Positions 48,099-54,994 of a stretch of 54,994 nucleotides of DNA are shown in pieces. A model generated the notes under the pieces. The model searched no databases. It saw only the letters and a list, made by a program, of their open reading frames with translations, and was not told the DNA's origin. The DNA lies in NCBI GenBank assembly GCA_964345445.1, contig CAYFQT010000041.1, positions 1 to 54,994 on the forward strand. The letters are read 5' to 3'. Both the position numbers and the translations under genes were made by a program. The DNA is from an uncultured Candidatus Saccharibacteria bacterium. Lineage in GTDB: Bacteria; Patescibacteriota; CPR2_A; CAYFQT01. Numbering within the stretch: the first letter of the stretch is position 1; the number at the start of each line of letters is the position of its first letter.

Positions 48099-49934
48099 CT
48101 AATGTGGATATTTTGCCGGAGAATCATATTCACTATAAAAACGTTTTCTGGAAATTTCTTTGCTATTTTCATAAACAAAATACCAAAATTCTGCTTTGGC
48201 TGAGCCATCTGATTTTTGATCCCAAACATGAGGAGAAACACTCTCTACTTTATCCACTTTTGGCCCATCTTCTGTTCCAGAGAATTTACTACTTCGCGTG
48301 CCACCAGTTCCATAAAAATCAAAAATTAAATTATTACCAGAAACAGAAGTCTGAATTAAAATATAATATCCAGTATCATTTTCAAACCTCACATCTGGAT
48401 GAGGAGGATAAATTGTGGCATCAGTGCCAGTAGGAGCATAGTATTGAACAATATAAGCATGGTTAGTCCGCTCCAGGATAGGCAGACTAGAATTTAAAGC
48501 AGCTCTAAAACAAGTTGTAGCAACCTGGCATAGTCCTCCGCCATATTCTGGAATAGTTTTATGTTCTTTGATAACCAGTTCTGGCAGGTATCCAGTTGAA
48601 GCATCTATTTCTCCTAAAGTCTCTGCCAAAGAAAATACTTCATCTGGTTTGATTATCACCCCATGGCAAGAGGCTGCTCCTACTTTAATGTTATGTATTC
48701 TATTAGAGGGGGAGCCAGCAAAATTAGATGTTCCCCGACCCAAAAGTCCAACCAGGCCCAACTCTTCTAAATTATCTGCCCGAACTTCTGCCTTTTCTTC
48801 AAAAATTAATACTTTTATTTCTCGGTTTTTATCATCAGAAAGACAATCATTAATTTTATCTATTGTATCATCAATTTGTAGACTTCTTCCCTTTTTTTCA
48901 GAGGCTAAAACTATCACTTTGTCTCCACTTACACCAAGGGAGGCATTTGTTGGGGATATATTTATAGTATTCTCAGCTAAATCAGTTATATATTCTCTTA
49001 ACTTATCCTGGTCTACCTCTGATTCCAAAGTAGACCTTGGAATATATATTCTTAATGACTTGTACTTCGATGCATTTCTAATTTTATTAATATACACATC
49101 TAAATCATAAGACTGGGTGATTGTCTCTTGTTTTGGAACTATTTTTTCTTTTTGGACAAATTTTATCCAAGAAGCTATATCGAAAGTTGTAATCTCCCAC
49201 TTCTCTTGTCCATATTTTAAAACAATAGGCTTAGAAATTAACTGCAAAGCATCTTTTTGAGCCTCTAAGACATCTTTGCTCTTGATTTTAGGATGGATTT
49301 TAACTACGGGAATTTCTATATTTTCTGAATATAAAAAAGCATAAGATGATTTTATATCTTCTTTTATATTTTCTATATTTACTTTCTGGCCAAATTTACT
49401 TATAGCAAATTTCACTTGATCTTCTTCAATCAAAAGCTTGGTATCTTCAGTAGACTGTTCAAATTGAAAACCTATATTTTCTAAAAATTTATCTAATTTT
49501 TCTTCATTTAAATAATATTGTACAGGTAAATTAACACCGGAAACCATAAAATTCAATTGGCTTGACAAATTAACAAGTAAATTTTCTTTCCGTCCTGATT
49601 TAAAAGCATAATCGGTTGTTTTATTAATATCAAACTGTAAATCAATGTCACTATTTTTTAAATTTATCTTTTGATCTGAATACATTAAAGTTAATTCTGG
49701 GGGAAATTCACTAATTTTTTCTTCTATTAAACTATAAGCTTCTTTTTTTGTCTTTCCTCCTAAGTTAACTCCTACTACTTTTACTCCTTTAAAAATTTTA
49801 TTTGTATAAGCTAAATTATAAAATAAAAAAAAGCTTAATATCATGATTATAGAAATTAAAAGGGTGAAAATTAATCTCACCCATTTTTGATACCAAAATC
49901 TTGTTTTTTTAGAGGGTTTTTTCTGTTTTCTCAT
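48099..49934 (-). CDS. VanW-family protein with PG-binding-4 domains
   Basis: N-terminal TM; R.HNI, GGGLCQVATT, ER.NH, DAT. Confidence 0.88.
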   Translation of the reverse strand: MRKQKKPSKKTRFWYQKWVRLIFTLLISIIMILSFFLFYNLAYTNKIFKGVKVVGVNLGGKTKKEAYSLIEEKISEFPPELTLMYSDQKINLKNSDIDLQFDINKTTDYAFKSGRKENLLVNLSSQLNFMVSGVNLPVQYYLNEEKLDKFLENIGFQFEQSTEDTKLLIEEDQVKFAISKFGQKVNIENIKEDIKSSYAFLYSENIEIPVVKIHPKIKSKDVLEAQKDALQLISKPIVLKYGQEKWEITTFDIASWIKFVQKEKIVPKQETITQSYDLDVYINKIRNASKYKSLRIYIPRSTLESEVDQDKLREYITDLAENTINISPTNASLGVSGDKVIVLASEKKGRSLQIDDTIDKINDCLSDDKNREIKVLIFEEKAEVRADNLEELGLVGLLGRGTSNFAGSPSNRIHNIKVGAASCHGVIIKPDEVFSLAETLGEIDASTGYLPELVIKEHKTIPEYGGGLCQVATTCFRAALNSSLPILERTNHAYIVQYYAPTGTDATIYPPHPDVRFENDTGYYILIQTSVSGNNLIFDFYGTGGTRSSKFSGTEDGPKVDKVESVSPHVWDQKSDGSAKAEFWYFVYENSKEISRKRFYSEYDSPAKYPH

Positions 49935-49946
49935 TTTTTAATCCTA

Positions 49947-50195
49947 TCAATCCTCTTTTTTCAAAATTTCTTCTAAAAGTTTTCTAGCTATTTTCTCTCT
50001 TTCTTCACTTTCAGTATCACTTGTAAACAGTTTAATTCTAACAAGTTCTCCTTCTTTGACATTCTGTGGTAATTTTTCTCGAGCCCAAAAAATCTCTTGT
50101 CCATCGTCCAATCTAATAACTGCTTTATCTTCTTCAATTCGGTCTAAAGTCCCAGATAAAGAATATTTATTTAATAATTCTTGTTGAGAATCCAT
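49947..50195 (-). CDS. DUF3006-family protein
   Basis: LDRIEEDKAV, LP..VKEG. Confidence 0.75.
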   Translation of the reverse strand: MDSQQELLNKYSLSGTLDRIEEDKAVIRLDDGQEIFWAREKLPQNVKEGELVRIKLFTSDTESEEREKIARKLLEEILKKED

Positions 50196-50352
50196 GATAA
50201 AACCCTTAAAGTTTTTAAATCCTAATTTCTAAGCACTTAAATTCTAAACAATATCTAAATTCTAATTCCCCAATGTTCTAAACATTCGTTTTGGTCATTT
50301 GAATTTAAATATTAGGATTTGTTTAGGATTTGGTATTTAGGATTTAGGATTT

Positions 50353-52323
50353 TTATATCAAAAGTGGTACCAACACCAAGGAAACTATAGCCATTAGTTT
50401 AATCAAAATATTCATTGATGGCCCTGAAGTATCTTTAAATGGATCACCAATAGTATCTCCCACCACTGCTGCCTTATGAGCATCAGAGCCTTTTCCGCCC
50501 AAATTGCCAGCTTCAATATATTTTTTAGCATTATCCCAAGCTCCTCCGCCATTGGCCATCATTAAAGCCAATAACACCCCAACTAATGTAGCTCCTGCTA
50601 AAAACCCGCCTAATGACTCCGGCCCTAAGACAAATCCTACAATCACTGGGGTTGCTACAGCAATAATACCAGGCAAAATCATTTGCTTTAAAGCGCTATT
50701 TGTGGAAATAGCTATACATCTTGCTGAATCTGGCTTGGCTTTTCCTTGCATTAGTCCAGAAATTTCCCTAAATTGTCTTTTAACCTCAGAAACCATAGAA
50801 AAAGCTGCTTTTCCAACTGCTGTCATTGTTAAAGCAGCTAAAAAGAAAGGAATTACTCCTCCGATAAAAAGCCCTGCGGTTACTTTAGCATCAGCAACAT
50901 TAATCCCAGAAAGCCCGGTTGTTTGAATATAGGCTGAATATAAAGCCAAGGCAGTTAATGCCGCGGAACCAATAGCAAATCCTTTTCCAATAGCAGCAGT
51001 AGTGTTTCCTAAAGCATCTAGCTGGTCTGTAATTTTTCTAGTTTCTTGTCCTAAGCCAGCCATTTCAGAAATCCCCCCAGCATTATCAGCAACCGGTCCA
51101 TAAGCATCTACAGACATTGTCACCCCAATAGTTGCCAACATTCCCACTGCCGAAATTCCAATTCCATAAAGTGAAGCTTTAGAGTAAGCAACCAGAACTG
51201 CTCCACATAAAATCAAAACAGGTAGGACTACGCTTTCCATGCCCAAAGCTAAACCAGTTATGATATTGGTAGCTACTCCTGTTTGAGATGAAAGAGCAAT
51301 TTTAATTATAGGCTTGCCTGAAGTATAATATTCAGTTAAAACACCAATTGCTATACCGGCAATTGTTCCAGACAATAAAGCCCAAAATACTCCCAGTGGC
51401 AAAACTAATAAATATCTAATTATAAAATAAGAACCAACTAAAAGCAAAAAGGCACTTATATAAGTAGAATATCTTAAAGCAGCTTGAGGATTTAATTTGG
51501 AAAAAAATCTTATAGATAAAATCCCAAAAACAGAGGATAAGAGTCCTAAACTAACTATTACAATAGGCAGAGACATCCAGGATAAAATTGCATAAGTCAT
51601 CGTAGCGCCAATAGCAATAGTAGCCACAATAGATCCTACATAAGATTCAAAAAGATCAGCGCCCATCCCTGCCACATCTCCAACATTATCTCCAACATTA
51701 TCAGCAATAACAGCAGGGTTACGAGGATCATCTTCAGGAATACCTGCTTCTACTTTTCCTACAAGATCTGCGCCCACGTCAGCTGATTTAGTATAAATTC
51801 CTCCCCCCACACGAGCAAACAAAGCAATAGAAGAAGCCCCCATAGAAAATCCTGCTAAAATAGCAGGGTTTATATCTATAAAAAAATAAAATAATATAGA
51901 AAGACCTAAAATTCCCAAAGAAGCTACAGACATACCCATAACAGCACCACCAGAGAAAGCCACCTGCAAGGCTTGTTTTTGACCTTTTTCTTTGGCTGCT
52001 TGGGCAGTTCTGACATTGGCCCGGGTGGCTGCATTCATTCCAAAATATCCCGCTAACATTGAACAAATAGCTCCAAATAAAAAAGCTACCCCTGTATATA
52101 AACCAATTTTCCACCAAAGTAAACCAAAAACAATCACAATAAATAAAGATAAAATAGAATATTCCTTTTTTAGAAATACTATTGCTCCTTGAGCAATTGT
52201 ATCAGCAATATCTTGCATTTTTGCATTGCCCGAGGGTTGTTTTTTAACCCAAAAATAAAGAACACCAGCAAAAAACAAACCTAAGATGCCTAAACCAATT
52301 GCTAACAAAGAATAATCAATCAA
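50353..52323 (-). CDS. hppA: Membrane pyrophosphatase, K+-dependent type (probably Na+-translocating)
   Basis: [26 protein letters not shown] (Ala marks K+-dependence); TTG start with GAGGAGG. Confidence 0.93.
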   Translation of the reverse strand: MIDYSLLAIGLGILGLFFAGVLYFWVKKQPSGNAKMQDIADTIAQGAIVFLKKEYSILSLFIVIVFGLLWWKIGLYTGVAFLFGAICSMLAGYFGMNAATRANVRTAQAAKEKGQKQALQVAFSGGAVMGMSVASLGILGLSILFYFFIDINPAILAGFSMGASSIALFARVGGGIYTKSADVGADLVGKVEAGIPEDDPRNPAVIADNVGDNVGDVAGMGADLFESYVGSIVATIAIGATMTYAILSWMSLPIVIVSLGLLSSVFGILSIRFFSKLNPQAALRYSTYISAFLLLVGSYFIIRYLLVLPLGVFWALLSGTIAGIAIGVLTEYYTSGKPIIKIALSSQTGVATNIITGLALGMESVVLPVLILCGAVLVAYSKASLYGIGISAVGMLATIGVTMSVDAYGPVADNAGGISEMAGLGQETRKITDQLDALGNTTAAIGKGFAIGSAALTALALYSAYIQTTGLSGINVADAKVTAGLFIGGVIPFFLAALTMTAVGKAAFSMVSEVKRQFREISGLMQGKAKPDSARCIAISTNSALKQMILPGIIAVATPVIVGFVLGPESLGGFLAGATLVGVLLALMMANGGGAWDNAKKYIEAGNLGGKGSDAHKAAVVGDTIGDPFKDTSGPSMNILIKLMAIVSLVLVPLLI

Positions 52324-52404
52324 TTATTCCTCCTCTATTTCATCCCGAGGATTTGTCGGGGCGAACGAGCCGTCCCCTGATTACTACCGGGGGAATAGAC
52401 CTCT

Positions 52405-53373
52405 TTATTTTATTCTCCCCCTCCACCAATCAAGTAAATCACTTAAAGTCTGAGTAAGGGGAATTTTTGGTTCCCAACCAGTTTGAGTTTTAAATTTCGA
52501 AGCATCGCCTTTTAAAATCAGCACATCAGAAGGTCTTAATCTTTCAGGATCCTGCTCTATTTTTATCTCATCTTTTTTTGTGCTACAAGATATCAGAATA
52601 TCAAGAATTTCCTTTATGGAAATAGTTTTGCTTGAACAAATATTATATACTTCTCCTGGTTGACATCTTTCTACTGCTAGAACATAAGCTTTAACCATAT
52701 CTCTTACATCAGTAAAATCACGTTTTGCTTCTAAATTGCCTACAGAAATCACTGGCGGTTTTTTATCTTTTTCTATTTCCACAATCTGTTTAGCAAAAGT
52801 ACTACATACAAAAACCTCGCCCCGTCTAGGCCCGGTATGATTAAATGCCCGAGTACGAACTATTTTAAGCCCATAACTTTTGTGATATTGGTAACCTAAA
52901 AAGTCTTGTCCAATTTTACTTACAGCATAAGGACTTAAAGGACGAAGGGGATTATCTTCGGAAATAGGAACTTCATTTTCATAAACCAAACCATACTCTT
53001 CCGAAGACCCAGCTACTTGGATTATTGGATCTAATTTTAATTTTCGAATAGCTTCAAAAAGATTAAGCTCGCCAATAATATTGGTAGTTAAAGTTTCTGA
53101 GGGCATATTCCAAGAAGTAGGTACAAAACTTTGAGCAGCCAGATGAAAGATATAATCTGGCTCAGCTTTCTCTAAAGCATTAGTAACAGCGGTAGAATCA
53201 CGAATATCACATTCAATCAAAGTTACTTTATCTAAAAGATGTTCAATGTTACCTAAATCATCTTGCCATCTTTTTATAATTGCTCCATAAACCTGAATTT
53301 TCTTCTCATTTAACAAATACTCTGCTAGATAACTACCTGCAAACCCAGCAATGCCTGTAATAAGTGCTTTCAT
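52405..53373 (-). CDS. GDP-mannose 4,6-dehydratase / GDP-4-keto-6-deoxymannose reductase-like SDR
   Basis: GIAGFAG, HLAAQS, SSEEYG, YAVSK, RPSD. Confidence 0.85.
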   Translation of the reverse strand: MKALITGIAGFAGSYLAEYLLNEKKIQVYGAIIKRWQDDLGNIEHLLDKVTLIECDIRDSTAVTNALEKAEPDYIFHLAAQSFVPTSWNMPSETLTTNIIGELNLFEAIRKLKLDPIIQVAGSSEEYGLVYENEVPISEDNPLRPLSPYAVSKIGQDFLGYQYHKSYGLKIVRTRAFNHTGPRRGEVFVCSTFAKQIVEIEKDKKPPVISVGNLEAKRDFTDVRDMVKAYVLAVERCQPGEVYNICSSKTISIKEILDILISCSTKKDEIKIEQDPERLRPSDVLILKGDASKFKTQTGWEPKIPLTQTLSDLLDWWRGRIK

Positions 53374-53616
53374 AAAACCTCCTACAAAAAGTGTGGAATT
53401 TAATTATTATTTTTTTATCATTGATATACTTTAGTTTACCATAAATTTTGAAATTTTTTAATAGTCGGTCCTCAGGCAGGGCTACCAGTTTGGTCTTTGA
53501 TAAGTAGTTATTGTATTTTATGACTATAGTCTATAAACAAATAACTATGCCATCTGTTTTTACCTCCAACCATCAGCTGTTTATTATTTATCATCTTTAA
53601 CATTTTGAACAAACTT

Positions 53617-53636
53617 GCCCAGAAAGCTTTCTGGGC
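53617..53636. repeat. Palindrome GCCCAGAAAGCTTTCTGGGC (identical at 25707; variant at 29527)
   Basis: Read directly from the sequence. Confidence 0.85.
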
Positions 53637-53683
53637 GTAGTAATTGAACAAATTGAACATTACTGTTAGTAGCTTATTGTTCT

Positions 53684-54823
53684 TTAGTTATTTGGTTCCC
53701 CAGTTTTTTTATACACTTCTTCATAAATCTTTAAGGTTTCCTGGGCACATTTTTGCCAAGAAAACTGAGATGCTTTTTTAAGCCCCCTTTTTTTAAGCTC
53801 CTCCTGTTTCTTCTTAGAAAACAAAACATCTCTTATCCTCAAGGCCATATCTTCTGGATCCCAAGGATTAAAGAAATCAGCTGCTTTGTCTAAAATTTCA
53901 GGAATTGAAGAGATATTAGATGCAACAACTGGTGTGCCAGTTGCCATGGCTTCCAAAGGAGGCAAGCCAAAACCCTCATATAAAGAAGGGAAGACAAAAA
54001 CCTCAGCAGCATTATAAATTATTGGCAAATCCTCTTCATATACAAATCCTGTAAAAATAACATCTTTTTTTAAATCAAGCTTGGTTACTTCTTCCTTTAG
54101 CTCTTCTGTTAGAGAATTTTCTTTGCCTACTAAAACCAATCTATGGGGGAGTGTATAATTTTTCTTTAATATAGCAAAGGCTTTAACTAAATTAGTAATA
54201 TTTTTATGTTTTTTCCATGCTCCTACATACATCAGATAAGGAGGTTGAATATTATACTTCTTTTTAATTTTTTCTATCAAATTTTTATCTTCTTGTGGGT
54301 GATATTTTTCCTCTACTCCTTCATAAACTAATTTTATTTTATTATCAGGAATATTAAAAAATTTTATTATATCTTTTTTAGTATGAGAAGATACGGCTAT
54401 TATTCTTCTGGCCTTTTTGCAAGCAGACAAAAGAACCAGACGATAGCCCAATTTATGTAATGATGAAGTCCTTTTTTCTCCCGTAAAAAACATTAAAGTT
54501 AAATCATGAATAGTAACTACAAATTTCCCAAACCAAAAAAGAGGATTATTAAAATTAGTGAAATGCATCAGGTCTAACTTTTGATTACGTAGGTCAAAAG
54601 GGAAAAAAATCTGTTCGGAAAAAGAATAATAAGGAGAAGAAACAATTTTCTTTTCTAAATTAGAAAAGGCAAGTCGGCACTCTTTAAAATTATCTTTAGT
54701 GAAAAATAAGACATATTTATTTTTAGAATCTATTTCTAAAAGATGAGTTACCAGCTCTTGAGTATAACGCCCAATACCACCAGCCTTTCCCCCATAAAAT
54801 CTACAATCAATTCCAATACGCAT
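53684..54823 (-). CDS. Glycosyltransferase family 4 (MtfB-like)
   Basis: VTIHDL, KHKN, YEGFGLPPLEAMA. Confidence 0.92.
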   Translation of the reverse strand: MRIGIDCRFYGGKAGGIGRYTQELVTHLLEIDSKNKYVLFFTKDNFKECRLAFSNLEKKIVSSPYYSFSEQIFFPFDLRNQKLDLMHFTNFNNPLFWFGKFVVTIHDLTLMFFTGEKRTSSLHKLGYRLVLLSACKKARRIIAVSSHTKKDIIKFFNIPDNKIKLVYEGVEEKYHPQEDKNLIEKIKKKYNIQPPYLMYVGAWKKHKNITNLVKAFAILKKNYTLPHRLVLVGKENSLTEELKEEVTKLDLKKDVIFTGFVYEEDLPIIYNAAEVFVFPSLYEGFGLPPLEAMATGTPVVASNISSIPEILDKAADFFNPWDPEDMALRIRDVLFSKKKQEELKKRGLKKASQFSWQKCAQETLKIYEEVYKKTGEPNN

Positions 54824-54994
54824 AAAAATCCTTTCTGTAAATTAAATGTTTTATAAATTTCTAATTCCTAATTGACCTAATGTCTAATCAATGTCTTCAG
54901 CCAAAGGCTGATCCGCCTCTGGCGGAAATATCAAAATGCCTAATTGAGAGAATAAATTCTAATTTCTAATATCTAAATTCTAAATAAATTCAAA

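Overview
Low-GC bacterial chromosome segment in genetic code 11. The gene style (PsbP-like, PEGA and pilin-LamG proteins, heptamer intergenic repeats, REP-like palindromes) suggests Patescibacteria/CPR, which is an inference. The right two-thirds hold housekeeping genes (ftsB, manC, fabD, rpiB, tilS, ftsH, murJ, groES/groEL with a perfect CIRCE, trpS, pgm/pmm, hppA, glycosyltransferases) and three CAU tRNAs. The left ~22 kb is accessory. Best candidate new system: at 31-4740, three copies of a 45-bp direct repeat plus hairpin bracket cargo cassettes (secreted NlpC/P60 protein; TPR-HEPN protein). On the minus strand each copy reads into a different but homologous short C-terminal helix, which suggests a cassette array that recombines inside the 3' end of a gene not present in the window. 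Other notable signals: a c-di-GMP-II riboswitch ahead of a GH73 hydrolase; an atypical tRNA-like gene ending an operon of small membrane proteins whose first ORF sits inside a 14-bp inverted repeat; a shared three-way-junction leader before trpS and hppA; boxA-like motifs ahead of accessory genes; and promoter/terminator modules reused with different cargo.
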